From: the human T2T-CHM13v2.0 reference genome, Homo sapiens
Assembly (NCBI RefSeq): GCF_009914755.1
Contig: NC_060940.1
Strand: one strand, 5' to 3'
DNA: 64,000 nucleotides
The notes under the pieces were generated by a model. It had not been told where the DNA came from. It worked only from the letters and a program-made list of their open reading frames with translations, and did no database searches. Below are positions 1 to 15,200 of the stretch, piece by piece. Each line of letters begins with the position of its first letter. Position 1 is the stretch's first letter. The translations under genes and the position numbers were made by a program.

Positions 1-3000
1 GGATTCCATTCGATGATGATTCCATTCAAATCCATTCGATAATTCAATTCAAGTCCATTCGATGATGATTCCAATCGAATCCATTCAAAGATTCCATTCA
101 GTTCCATTCGATGATTCCCTTAGATTCCATTCGATGATTCCACTTGATTGCATTTACGATGATTCCATTCGATTCCATGTGATGATTCCATTCAATTCTA
201 TTCAATGATGTCTCCATTTGATTCCATTCGACCATGATTGCCTTTGATTCCATTCAATGATTCCATTCGGTTCCGTTTGATGATGATTCCGTTCGATTCC
301 ATTTGATGATTCCATTTGATTCCATTGGATGAGTCCATTCGATTACATTCGATGATTATTCCATTCGAGTGCATTAGATGATTCCATTCGAGTCCATTCG
401 ATGATTCCATTCGATTCCATTCGATGTTGATTCTGTTCAAATCCATTCGATGATTCCACTCGATTCCATTCGTTGACTCCATTTGATCCCATTCGATGAT
501 TTCCTTTGATTCCCTTTGATGATCATTCCATTTGATTCAATTCGGTGATTTCATTTGATTCCATTCAGTGATGTTTCCATTCGACTCCATTCGATGATGA
601 TTCCATTCGACTCCATTCGATTATGATTTCATTCAATTCCATTCGATAATGATTCCCTTCGAGTCCATTCGATGATTCCATTCGATTCCATTCAACGATG
701 ATTTGATTCGTGTCCATTCGATGATTCCATTTGATTCCACTTGATGATGATTCCATTCGAGTCCATTTGATGATTCCATTCAATTCCATACTCCGATGAT
801 TTCTTTTGAGCCCACTCAATGCTTCCACTCGATTCCATATGATGATGACTCCATTCCATGAAATTCGATGATGATTCCATTCGCTTGCTTTCGATGATGA
901 TTCCACTTGAGTCCGTTAGAAGATTCTATTCAATTACATTCCAGGACGATTCCGTTCGAGTCCATTTGATGATTCCATTAGACTCCATTCGACGATGATT
1001 CCATTCGATGTTATTCGATGATTCCATTCGATCTCATTCGATGATGATTCCATTCAACTCCATTCGATGTTTCCATTCGAGTTCATTCTATTATTCCATT
1101 AGATTCCATTCGATGATGATTCCATTCGATTCCATTTGATGATTGCATTCTATTTCATTTGATGATGATTCCATTCGAGTCCACTCGATGATTCCATTCG
1201 AGTCCATTTAATGAATCCATTGGTTTCAATTCTATGATGATTACATTGGATTCCATTCGTTGATGATTTCATTCGGTTCCATTCAATGATGATTCCATTC
1301 AATTCCTTTCAATGTTTCCATTCAATTCCATACGATGATGATTCCATTTGATTTGATTCGACAGTGAGCCATTCGATTCAATTCCATGACGATTCTATTT
1401 TATTCAATTGGTTGACATTTCCATTCGATTCCATTCGATGATGATTCCCTTTGATTCCGTTCAAAGATGATTCCATTCTAGCCCATTCAATCATTCCATT
1501 CGATTCTATTCAATGATGATTCCATTCATGTCGATTTGGTGATTCCATTTGACTTCATTTGATGATGATTCCTTTCAAGTTCATTAGATGATTCCATTCG
1601 ATTCCATTTGATGATGATCCCATTCGAGTCCATTCAGTGATTCCATTCGTTTCTATTCCATGATGATTCCATTCCTTTCCATTCAATGATTGCATTCGAT
1701 TCCGTTTGATGATGATTTCATTCGAGTCCATTTGATGATTCCATTTGATTCCATTCGATGATGATTCCATTCGAGTCCATTCGATGATTCTATTCGAATC
1801 CATTTGATGATTTCTTTTGATTATATTTGGTGATGATTCCATTGGAGTCCATTCAATGATTCCATTCTATTCCAATCGATGATGATTCCATTAGAGTCCA
1901 TTTAATGATTCCATTTGATTCCAGTCTCTGATGATTACATTCGAGTCCATACGATGATTCTACTCAATTCCATATGATGATGATTCCATTTGATTCCATT
2001 CGGTGATTCCATTCTATTCTATTCAATGGTGATTCCATTCGAGTACATTAGATGATTCCATTCGATTCCATTCAATGATGATTCTATTTGTGTCCCTTAG
2101 ATGATTCCACATGATTCCATTAGATGATGATACTATTTGAGCCCATCCAATGATTCCCTTCGATTCCATTCGATGAGGATTCCATTCGATTCAATTCATT
2201 GGTGATTCTATTCAATTCAATTCTTTGATTCCATTCCATTCCATTCGACAATGATTCCATTCGATTTCTTTCGATGATTCCACTCGATTCCACTTGACAT
2301 TGATTCCATTCGATTCCATTCAATGATTCCATTTGATTCCAGTGGATGATGATTGCCATCGATTCCATTCGATCACTCCATTCTATTCCATTTGATGATG
2401 ATTACATTCGATTCCATTTGATGATTCCATCTGATTCTATTCGAGGATTCCATTTGATTCCATTCGATGATGATTCCATTCGAGTCCATTCGATGATTTC
2501 ATTCGAGTACATCCAATGATTCCATTCGAGTCCATTAGATGATTCCATTTGATTCCATTTGAAAATGATTCTACTAGAGTCCATTCAATGACTCCATTCG
2601 AGTCCATTCAACAATTCCATTCGACTCCATTCGATGATTCCATTCGATTCCATTTGATGGTTCCATTCGAGTCCATTTAATCATTACAGTCGAGTCCATT
2701 TGGTGATTCCACTGGATTTCTTTTGATAATGATACCATTCAATTACATTTGATGATGATCCCATTCAATTTCATTTGATGATGATTCCATTAGAGTCCAT
2801 TCGATGATTTCATTCGAGTCCCTTCATTGATTCCATCCGATTTCATTGGATGATGACTCCATTCGAGTCCATTCGATGATTCCACTCGATTCCATTAGAT
2901 GACTCCATTGGAGCCCATTTGATTGTTCCATTCGATTCCATTCGATTCCTTTCGAAGATTATTCCATTTGAGTCCATTCGATGATGATTCCATTCCATTC

Positions 3001-6000
3001 CATTTGATGATTCCGTTTGATTCCATTCGATGATTCCCTTCGATTCCTTTCTTTGATGATTCCATTCCATTCCATTCAATGATTCCATTCGAATCTATTC
3101 CATGATGATTCCTTTCGATTCCATTCGCTGATGTTTCCGTTCAATTCCATTCGATGATGATTCCATTCGATTCCATTCATTGAGGATTCCATTTGATTCC
3201 ATTCAATGATGATTCCATTCTATTCCATTCAATGATTGCATTCAATTCCATTCAATGATTATCCCATTAGAGTAAACTCAACGATTCCATTCAATACCAT
3301 TCGATGATGATTCCTTTTGAGTCCATTCAATGATTTCATTCAAGTCCATTTGATGATTCCTTTCAATTCCATTCTATGATGATTCCATTCGAGTCCATTC
3401 GATGATTCCATTCGATTGCATTCGATGATTCCATTATATTCCATTCAACGGTGATTCCATTCGAGTACATTCCATGATTCCATTAGAGTACATTTAATGA
3501 TTGCTTTGTTTTCAATTCGAAGATGATTACATTGGATTCCATTCTATGATACCATTCGATTCCATTCAATGATGATTCCACTCAAATCCATTGGATGATT
3601 CCATTCGTGTCCATTCGGTGATTTCATTAGATTCCATTCGAGGATGATTCCATTCGATTCCATTCGATGATTCCATTCAATTCCATTCGATGATGATTCC
3701 ATTCCAGTCCATATGATCATTCCATTTGATTTCATTCGATGATGATTCCATTCGATTCCATTCGACGATTCCATTCTATTCCATTCGATGATGATTCCAT
3801 TCGAGTCCATTCGATGATTCCATTCGAGTCCATTTAATGATTCCATTGGGTTCAATTCAATGATGATTACATTGGATTCCGTTCTATGATTCCATTCAAT
3901 TCCGTTCATTGACAATTTGATTCCATTCGATGATGATTCCATTTGAGTTCATTCGATGATTCTATTCGATTCTCTTCGATGTTGATTCAATTCTATTATA
4001 TTGGATGATTCCATTCGATTCCATTTGATGTTGATTCAATTCGATTCTATTCGATGATGATTCCATTGGATTTCACTTGATGATTCTATTCGATTCCATT
4101 CAATGATGATTCACTTCTCGTCCATTGGATGATTCCATTTCATTCCATTCGATGATGATTCCATTCGATTCCATTCGATGATTCCATTTGATTCCATGCG
4201 ACGGTGAGCAATTCGATTCAATTCCATGATGATTCTATTTGATTCAATTAGATGATGTTTCCATTCGAATCCATTCCATGATTATTCCATTGGAATCCAT
4301 TCGGCGATGATTCCATATGAGTCAATTCAATGATGATTCCATATGGGTCCGTTCGATGATAATTCCATTTGATTTCATTCGATGCTTCTATTCTATTCCA
4401 GTCGATGATGATTCCGTTGGAGTCCATACGATGATTCCATTTGATTTCATTTGATGATGATTCCATTCGATGATGATTACATTGGATTCCATTCTATGAT
4501 TCCATTCAATTCCATTCGTTGATGATTCGATTCCATTCAATGATGATTCCATTTGAGTTCATTCGATGATTCTATTCGATTCCGTTCGATGGTGATTCAA
4601 TTCTATTATATTGGATGATTCCACTCGATTCCATTTGATGATTATTCCATTGGAGTCCACTTAGTGAATCCTTTAGATTCTACTCGACGATGATTCCATT
4701 CGAGTCCATTCGATGATACCATTCAATTCCATTCGTTGATGCTTCCATTCAAGTGCATTCGATGATATCATTCGATTCCATTTGATGATAATTCCATTTG
4801 ATTCCATGCGATGATTCTATTCGATTCCATTCAATGATAATTCCATTCAATTCAGTGATTCCTCTGGACTCCATTTGATGATGATTCCATTCAATGATTC
4901 CATTCGATTCTATTCGAAAATGATTCCATTTGAATCCATTTGATGATGATTCCATTAGATTCCATTTGATGATTCCATTCGATTCCATTCGACGATGATT
5001 CCATTCGATTCCGTTTGATGATTCCATTCTATTCTATTCGATGATGATTCCATTCGATTCCATTCGATGATGATTGGATTCGATTCCATTTGATGATTTC
5101 ATTTGATTCCATTCGTTAATGATTTCGATCAATTCCATTCGATGATTCCATTCGATTCCATTCGATAATGATTACATCCGGGTCCATTCGATGATTCCCT
5201 TTGAGCCTGTTCGATAATTCCATTTGAGTCCAACCAATGATTCCATTCATTTCCATTCAATGATTCCATTCGAGTCCATTTGATCATTCCGGTAGGGTCC
5301 ATTCGATGTTGATTCCATTGGAGTGCATTCGATGATTCCATTCGAGTCCATTTTAGGATTTGATTCAAGTCCTTTCGATGATTCCATTCGATTCCACTCG
5401 ATGATGATTTCATTCGAGTCCATTCGACACTTCCAATCGATTCCATTTGATGATTCCATTCGAGTCCAATTGATGATTCCATTCAATTCCATTCGATGAT
5501 GATTCCGTACGATTCCATTCTGTGATGATTCCATGTGATTGCATTCAATGATGATTCCTTTCGATTGCATTCGATTATGATTCATTTCGTGTTCATTCTA
5601 TGGTTCCACAGGTTTCCATTCGTGTCCATTCCATTATTCCATTCTATTCCATTTGATGATGATTCCATTCGATTCCATTCATTGGTGATTCCACTCAATT
5701 CCATTCAATGATTCCATTCCATTTCTTTCAACAATGATTCCATTAGTTTCTAATCGATGATCCACTTGATTCCATTTGACGACGATTCCATTCTTGTCCA
5801 TTCGATGATTCCATTTGATTCCATATGATGATGATTCCATTCGATTCCATACCATGATGATTCCATTCGAGTCCATTCAATGGTGATTCCATTCAATTCC
5901 ATTCGATGATTCCTTTTGATTCCATTCGATGATGATGGCATTCGATTCCTTTCAATCATTCCCTTTGATTCCATTCAAAGGTGATTTCATTCAAGTCCAT

Positions 6001-6112
6001 TCGATAATTGCATTCGATTCCATTCTATGATGATTCCATTCGAGTCCATTTGATGATTCCATTCAATTCAAGTCAATGATGATTCCATTCGATTCCATTC
6101 GATGATTCCATT
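1..6112 (+). repeat. 6,112-bp higher-order unit, copy 1 (phase set arbitrarily at window start)
   Basis: The start motif GGATTCCATTCGATGATGATTCCATTCAAATCC recurs at 6113; ORF track 198..482 recurs at 6310..6594 (+6112). Confidence 0.97.
3861..4640 (+). repeat. Internal ~170-bp direct duplication within the unit (3861-4030 and 4471-4640, spacing 610 bp)
   Basis: Both segments read TGATGATTACATTGGATTCC..TTCTATGATTCCATTCAATTCC...ATTTGAGTTCATTCGATGATTCTATTCGAT...TGATTCAATTCTATTATATTGGATGATTCCA, without gaps and sharing non-consensus words. Confidence 0.85.
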
Positions 6113-9100
6113 GGATTCCATTCGATGATGATTCCATTCAAATCCATTCGATAATTCAATTCAAGTCCATTCGATGATGATTCCAATCGAATCCATTCAA
6201 AGATTCCATTCAGTTCCATTCGATGATTCCCTTAGATTCCATTAGATGATCCAACTTGATTGCATTTACGATGATTCCATTCGATTCCATGTGATGATTC
6301 CATTCAATTCTATTCAATGATGTCTCCATTTGATTCCATTCGACCATGATTGCCTTTGATTCCATTCAATGATTCCATTCGGTTCCGTTTGATGATGATT
6401 CCGTTCGATTCCATTTGATGATTCCATTTGATTCCATTGGATGAGTCCATTCGATTACATTCGATGATTATTCCATTCGAGTGCATTAGATGATTCCATT
6501 CGAGTCCATTCGATGATTCCATTCGATTCCATTCGATGTTGATTCTGTTCAAATCCATTCGATGATTCCACTCGATTCCATTCGTTGACTCCATTTGATC
6601 CCATTCGATGATTTCCTTTGATTCCCTTTGATGATCATTCCATTTGATTCAATTCGGTGATTTCATTGGATTCCATTCAGTGATGTTTCCATTCGACTCC
6701 ATTCGATGATGATTCCATTCGACTCCATTCGATTATGATTTCATTCAATTCCATTCGATAATGATTCCCTTCGAGTCCATTCGATGATTCCATTCGATTC
6801 CATTCAACGATGATTTGATTCGTGTCCATTCGATGATTCCATTTGATTCCACTTGATGATGATTCCATTCGAGTCCATTTGATGATTCCATTCAATTCCA
6901 TACTCCGATGATTTCTTTTGAGCCCACTCAATGCTTCCACTCGATTCCATATGATGATGACTCCATTCCATGAAATTCGATGATGATTCCATTCGCTTGC
7001 TTTCGATGATGATTCCACTTGAGTCCGTTAGAAGATTCTATTCAATTACATTCCAGGACGATTCCGTTCGAGTCCATTTGATGATTCCATTAGACTCCAT
7101 TCGACGATGATTCCATTCGATGTTATTCGATGATTCCATTCGATCTCATTCGATGATGATTCCATTCAACTCCATTCGATGTTTCCATTCGAGTTCATTC
7201 TATTATTCCATTAGATTCCATTCGATGATGATTGCATTCGATTCCATTTGATGATTGCATTCTATTTCATTTGATGATGATTCCATTCGAGTCCACTCGA
7301 TGATTCCATTCGAGTCCATTTAATGAATCCATTGGTTTCAATTCTATGATGATTACATTGGATTCCATTCGTTGATGATTTCATTCGGTTCCATTCAATG
7401 ATGATTCCATTCAATTCCTTTCAATGTTTCCATTCAATTCCATACGATGATGATTCCATTTGATTTGATTCGACAGTGAGCCATTCGATTCAATTCCATG
7501 ATGATTCTATTTGATTCAATTGGTTGACATTTCCATTCGATTCCATTCGATGATGATTCCCTTTGATTCCGTTCAAAGATGATTCCATTCTAGCCCATTC
7601 AATCATTCCATTCGATTCTATTCAATGATGATTCCATTCATGTCGATTTGGTGATTCCATTTGACTTCATTTGATGATGATTCCTTTCAAGTTCATTAGA
7701 TGATTCCATTCGATTCCATTTGATGATGATCCCATTCGAGTCCATTCAGTGATTCCATTCGTTTCCATTCCATGATGATTCCATTCCTTTCCATTCAATG
7801 ATTCCATTCGATTCCGTTTGATGATGATTTCATTCGAGTCCATTTGATGATTCCATTTGATTCCATTCGATGATGATTCCATTCGAGTCCATTCGATGAT
7901 TCTATTCGAATCCATTTGATGATTTCTTTTGATTATATTTGGTGATGATTCCATTGGAGTCCATTCAATGATTCCATTCTATTCCAATCGATGATGATTC
8001 CATTAGAGTCCATTTAATGATTCCATTTGATTCCAGTCTCTGATGATTACATTCGAGTCCATACGATGATTCCACTCAATTCCATATGATGATGATTCCA
8101 TTTGATTCCATTCGGTGATTCCGTTCTATTCTATTCAATGGTGATTCCATTCGAGTACATTAGATGATTCCATTCGATTCCATTCAATGATGATTCTATT
8201 TGTGTCCCTTAGATGATTCCACATGATTCCATTAGATGATGATACTATTTGAGCCCATCCAATGATTCCCTTCGATTCCATTCGATGAGGATTCCATTCG
8301 ATTCAATTCATTGGTGATTCTATTCAATTCAATTCTTTGATTCCATTCCATTCCATTCGACAATGATTCCATTCGATTTCTTTCGATGATTCCACTCGAT
8401 TCCACTTGACATTGATTCCATTCGATTCCATTCAATGATTCCATTTGATTCCAGTGGATGATGATTGCCATCGATTCCATTCGATCACTCCATTCTATTC
8501 CATTTGATGATGATTACATTCGATTCCATTTGATGATTCCATCTGATTCTATTCGAGGATTCCATTTGATTCCATTCGATGATGATTCCATTCGAGTCCA
8601 TTCGATGATTTCATTCGAGTACATCCAATGATTCCATTCGAGTCCATTAGATGATTCCATTTGATTCCATTTGAAAATGATTCTACTAGAGTCCATTCAA
8701 TGACTCCATTCGAGTCCATTCAACAATTCCATTCGACTCCATTCGATGATTCCATTCGATTCCATTTGATGGTTCCATTCGAGTCCATTTAATCATTACA
8801 GTCGAGTCCATTTGGTGATTCCACTGGATTTCTTTTGATAATGATACCATTCAATTACATTTGATGATGATCCCATTCAATTTCATTTGATGATGATTCC
8901 ATTAGAGTCCATTCGATGATTTCATTCGAGTCCCTTCATTGATTCCATCCGATTTCATTGGATGATGACTCCATTCGAGTCCATTCGATGATTCCACTCG
9001 ATTCCATTAGATGACTCCATTGGAGTCCATTTGATTGTTCCATTCGATTCCATTCGATTCCTTTCGAAGATTATTCCATTTGAGTCCATTCGATGATGAT

Positions 9101-12100
9101 TCCATTCCATTCCATTCGATGATTCCGTTTGATTCCATTCGATGATTCCCTTCGATTCCTTTCTTTGATGATTCCATTCCATTCCATTCAATGATTCCAT
9201 TCGAATCTATTGCATGATGATTCCTTTCGATTCCATTCGCTGATGTTTCCGTTCAATTCCATTCGATGATGATTCCATTCGATTCCATTCATTGAGGATT
9301 CCATTTGATTCCATTCAATGATGATTCCATTCTATTCCATTCAATGATTGCATTCAATTCCATTCAATGATTATCCCATTAGAGTAAACTCAACGATTCC
9401 ATTCAATACCATTCGATGATGATTCCTTTTGAGTCCATTCAATGATTTCATTCAAGTCCATTTGATGATTCCTTTCAATTCCATTCTATGATGATTCCAT
9501 TCGAGTCCATTCGATGATTCCATTCGATTGCATTCGATGATTCCATTATATTCCATTCAACGGTGATTCCATTCGAGTCCATTCCATGATTCCATTAGAG
9601 TACATTTAATGATTGCTTTGTTTTCAATTCGAAGATGATTACATTGGATTCCATTCTATGATACCATTCGATTCCATTCAATGATGATTCCACTCAAATC
9701 CATTGGATGATTCCATTCGTGTCCATTCGGTGATTTCATTAGATTCCATTCGAGGATGATTCCATTCGATTCCATTCGATGATTCCATTCAATTCCATTC
9801 GATGATGATTCCATTCCAGTCCATATGATCATTCCATTTGATTTCATTCGATGATGATTCCATTCGATTCGATTCGACGATTCCATTCTATTCCATTCGA
9901 TGATGATTCCATTCGAGTCCATTCGATGATTCCATTCGAGTCCATTTAATGATTCCATTGGGTTCAATTTAATGATGATTACATTGGATTCCGTTCTATG
10001 ATTCCATTCAATTCCGTTCATTGACAATTTGATTCCATTCGATGATGATTCCATTTGAGTTCATTCGATGATTCTATTCGATTCTCTTCGATGGTGATTC
10101 AATTCTATTATATTGGATGATTCCATTCGATTCCATTTGATGTTGATTCAATTCGATTCTATTCGATGATGATTCCATTGGATTTCACTTGATGATTCTA
10201 TTCGATTCCATTCAATGATGATTCACTTCTCGTCCATTGGATGATTCCATTTCATTCCATTCGATGATGATTCCATTCGATTCCATTCGATGATTCCATT
10301 TGATTCCATTCGACGGTGAGCAATTCGATTCAATTCCATGATGATTCTATTTGGTTCAATTAGATGATGTTTCCATTCGAATCCATTCCATGATTATTCC
10401 ATTGGAATCCATTCGGCGATGATTCCATATGAGTCAATTCAATGATGATTCCATATGGGTCCGTTCGATGATAATTCCATTTGATTTCATTCGATGCTTC
10501 TATTCTATTCCAGTCGATGATGATTCCGTTGGAGTCCATACGATGATTCCATTTGATTTCATTTGATGATGGTTCCATTCGATGATGATTACATTGGATT
10601 CCATTCTATGATTCCATTCAATTCCATTCGTTGATGATTCGATTCCATTCAATGATGATTCCATTTGAGTTCATTCGATGATTCTATTCGATTCCGTTCG
10701 ATGGTGATTCAATTCTATTATATTGGATGATTCCACTCGATTCCATTTGATGATTATTCCATTGGAGTCCACTTAGTGAATCCTTTAGATTCTACTCGAC
10801 GATGATTCCATTCGAGTCCATTCGATGATACCATTCAATTCCATTCGTTGATGCTTCCATTCAAGTGCATTCGATGATATCATTCGATTCCATTTGATGA
10901 TAATTCCATTTGATTCCGTGCGATGATTCTATTCGATTCCATTCAATGATAATTCCATTCAATTCAGTGATTCCTCTGGACTCCATTTGATGATGATTCC
11001 ATTCAATGATTCCATTCGATTCTATTCGAAAATGATTCCATTTGAATCCATTTGATGATGATTCCATTAGATTCCATTTGATGATTCCATTCGATTCCAT
11101 TCGACGATGATTCCATTCGATTCCGTTTGATGATTCCATTCTATTCTATTCGATGATGATTCCATTCGATTCCATTCGATGATGATTGGATTCGATTCCA
11201 TTTGATGATTTCATTTGATTCCATTCGTTAATGATTTCGATCAATTCCATTCGATGATTCCATTCGATTCCATTTGATAATGATTACATCCGAGTCCATT
11301 CGATGATTCCCTTTGAGCCTGTTCGATAATTCCATTTGAGTCCAACCAATGATTCCATTCATTTCCATTCAATGATTCCATTCGAGTCCATTTGATCATT
11401 CCGGTAGGGTCCATTCGATGTTGATTCCATTGGAGTGCATTCGATGATTCCATTCGAGTCCATTTTAGGATTTGATTCGAGTCCTTTCGATGATTCCATT
11501 CGATTCCACTCGATGATGATTTCATTCGAGTCCATTCGACACTTCCAATCGATTCCATTTGATGATTCCATTCGAGTCCAATTGATGATTCCATTCAATT
11601 CCATTCGATGATGATTCCGTACGATTCCATTCTGTGATGATTCCATGTGATTGCATTCAATGATGATTCCTTTCGATTGTATTCGATTATGATTCATTTC
11701 GTGTTCATTCTATGGTTCCACAGGTTTCCATTCGTGTCCATTCCATTATTCCATTCTATTCCATTTGATGATGATTCCATTCGATTCCATTCATTGGTGA
11801 TTCCACTCAATTCCATTCAATGATTCCATTCCATTTCTTTCAACAATGATTCCATTAGTTTCTAATCGATGATCCACTTGATTCCATTTGACGACGATTC
11901 CATTCTTGTCCATTCGATGATTCCATTTGATTCCATATGATGATGATTCCATTCGATTCCATACCATGATGATTCCATTCGAGTCCATTCAATGGTGATT
12001 CCATTCAATTCCATTCGATGATTCCTTTTGATTCCATTCGATGATGATGGCATTCGATTCCTTTCAATCATTCCCTTTGATTCCATTCAAAGGTGATTTC

Positions 12101-12224
12101 ATTCAAGTCCATTCGATAATTGCATTCGATTCCATTCTATGATGATTCCATTCGAGTCCATTTGATGATTCCATTCAATTCAAGTCAATGATGATTCCAT
12201 TCGATTCCATTCGATGATTCCATT
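6113..12224 (+). repeat. 6,112-bp unit, copy 2
   Basis: All ORF-track coordinates are shifted by exactly 6112; only substitutions seen. Confidence 0.97.
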
Positions 12225-15200
12225 GGATTCCATTCGATGATGATTCCATTCAAATCCATTCGATAATTCAATTCAAGTCCATTCGATGATGATTCCAATC
12301 GAATCCATTCAAAGATTCCATTCAGTTCCATTCGATGATTCCCTTAGATTCCATTCGATGATTCCACTTGATTGCATTTACGATGATTCCATTCGATTCC
12401 ATGTGATGATTCCATTCAATTCTATTCAATGATGTCTCCATTTGATTCCATTCGACCATGATTGCCTTTGATTCCATTCAATGATTCCATTCGGTTCCGT
12501 TTGATGATGATTCCGTTCGATTCCATTTGATGATTCCATTTGATTCCATTGGATGAGTCCATTCGATTACATTCGATGATTATTCCATTCGAGTGCATTA
12601 GATGATTCCATTCGAGTCCATTCGATGATTCCATTCGATTCCATTCGATGTTGATTCTGTTCAAATCCATTCGATGATTCCACTCGATTCCATTCGTTGA
12701 CTCCATTTGATCCCATTCGATGATTTCCTTTGATTCCCTTTGATGATCATTCCATTTGATTCAATTCGGTGATTTCATTTGATTCCATTCAGTGATGTTT
12801 CCATTCGACTCCATTCGATGATGATTCCATTCGACTCCATTCGATTATGATTTCATTCAATTCCATTCGATAATGATTCCCTTCGAGTCCATTCGATGAT
12901 TCCATTCGATTCCATTCAACGATGATTTGATTCGTGTCCATTCGATGATTCCATTTGATTCCACTTGATGATGATTCCATTCGAGTCCATTTGATGATTC
13001 CATTCAATTCCATACTCCGATGATTTCTTTTGAGCCCACTCAATGCTTCCACTCGATTCCATATGATGATGACTCCATTCGATGAAATTCGATGATGATT
13101 CCATTCGCTTGCTTTCGATGATGATTCCACTTGAGTCCGTTAGAAGATTCTATTCAATTACATTCCATGACGATTCCGTTCGAGTCCATTTGATGATTCC
13201 ATTAGACTCCATTCGACGATGATTCCATTCGATGTTATTCGATGATTCCATTCGATCTCATTCGATGATGATTCCATTCAACTCCATTCGATGTTTCCAT
13301 TCGAGTTCATTCTATTATTCCATTAGATTCCATTCGATGATGATTCCATTCGATTCCATTTGATGATTGCATTCTATTTCATTTGATGATGATTCCATTC
13401 GAGTCCACTCGATGATTCCATTCGAGTCCATTTAATGAATCCATTGGTTTCAATTCTATGATGATTACATTGGATTCCATTCGTTGATGATTTCATTCGG
13501 TTCCATTCAATGATGATTCCATTCAATTCCTTTCAATGTTTCCATTCAATTCCATACGATGATGATTCCATTTGATTTGATTCGACAGTGAGCCATTCGA
13601 TTCAATTCCATGACGATTCTATTTGATTCAATTGGTTGACATTTCCATTCGATTCCATTCGATGATGATTCCCTTTGATTCCGTTCAAAGATGATTCCAT
13701 TCTAGCCCATTCAATCATTCCATTCGATTCTATTCAATGATGATTCCATTCATGTCGATTTGGTGATTCCATTTGACTTCATTTGATGATGATTCCTTTC
13801 AAGTTCATTAGATGATTCCATTCGATTCCATTTGATGATGATCCCATTCGAGTCCATTCAGTGATTCCATTCGTTTCCATTCCATGATGATTCCATTCCT
13901 TTCCATTCAATGATTCCATTCGATTCCGTTTGATGATGATTTCATTCGAGTCCATTTGATGATTCCATTTGATTCCATTCGATGATGATTCCATTCGAGT
14001 CCATTCGATGATTCTATTCGAATCCATTTGATGATTTCCTTTAATTATATTTGGTGATGATTCCATTGGAGTCCATTCAATGATTCCATTCTATTCCAAT
14101 CGATGATGATTCCATTAGAGTCCATTTAATGATTCCATTTGATTCCAGTCTCTGATGATTACATTCGAGTCCATACGATGATTCCACTCAATTCCATATG
14201 ATGATGATTCCATTTGATTCCATTCGGTGATTCCATTCTATTCTATTCAATGGTGATTCCATTCGAGTACATTAGATGATTCCATTCGATTCCATTCAAT
14301 GATGATTCTATTTGTGTCCCTTAGATGATTCCGCATGATTCCATTAGATGATGATACTATTTGAGCCCATCCAATGATTCCCTTCGATTCCATTCGATGA
14401 GGATTCCATTCGATTCAATTCATTGGTGATTCTATTCAATTCAATTCTTTGATTCCATTCCATTCCATTCGACAATGATTCCATTCGATTTCTTTCGATG
14501 ATTCCACTCGATTCCACTTGACATTGATTCCATTCGATTCCATTCAATGATTCCATTTGATTCCAGTGGATGATGATTGCCATCGATTCCATTCGATCAC
14601 TCCATTCTATTCCATTTGATGATGATTACATTCGATTCCATTTGATGATTCCATCTGATTCTATTCGAGGATTCCATTTGATTCCATTCGATGATGATTC
14701 CATTCGAGTCCATTCGATGATTTCATTCGAGTACATCCAATGATTCCATTCGAGTCCATTAGATGATTCCATTTGATTCCATTTGAAAATGATTCTACTA
14801 GAGTCCATTCAATGACTCCATTCGAGTCCATTCAACAATTCCATTCGACTCCATTCGATGATTCCATTCGATTCCATTTGATGGTTCCATTCGAGTCCAT
14901 TTAATCATTACAGTCGAGTCCATTTGGTGATTCCACTGGATTTCTTTTGATAATGATACCATTCAATTACATTTGATGATGATCCCATTCAATTTCATTT
15001 GATGATGATTCCATTAGAGTCCATTCGATGATTTCATTCGAGTCCCTTCATTGATTCCATCCGATTTCATTGGATGATGACTCCATTCGAGTCCATTCGA
15101 TGATTCCACTCGATTCCATTAGATGACTCCATTGGAGTCCATTTGATTGTTCCATTCGATTCCATTCGATTCCTTTCGAAGATTATTCCATTTGAGTCCA

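Noticed and set aside
970-980. TGATTCCATTA as a possible DUX4-type site
   Set aside because: DUX4 binding to HSATII is reported, but this is an imperfect match to TAAYYYAATCA and is one substitution from the satellite consensus; a specific site cannot be called without ChIP data.
4284-4296. Inverted repeat ATTCCA-T-TGGAAT suggesting a hairpin or inversion point
   Set aside because: It has only 6-bp arms, arises by two substitutions from consensus, and orientation does not switch.
5288-5620. Non-satellite-looking words CCGGTAGGGTCC and GGTTCCACAGGTTTCC as possible regulatory or splice sites
   Set aside because: They are short and explainable as mutated monomers, with no supporting context. 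They are useful only as per-unit landmarks.
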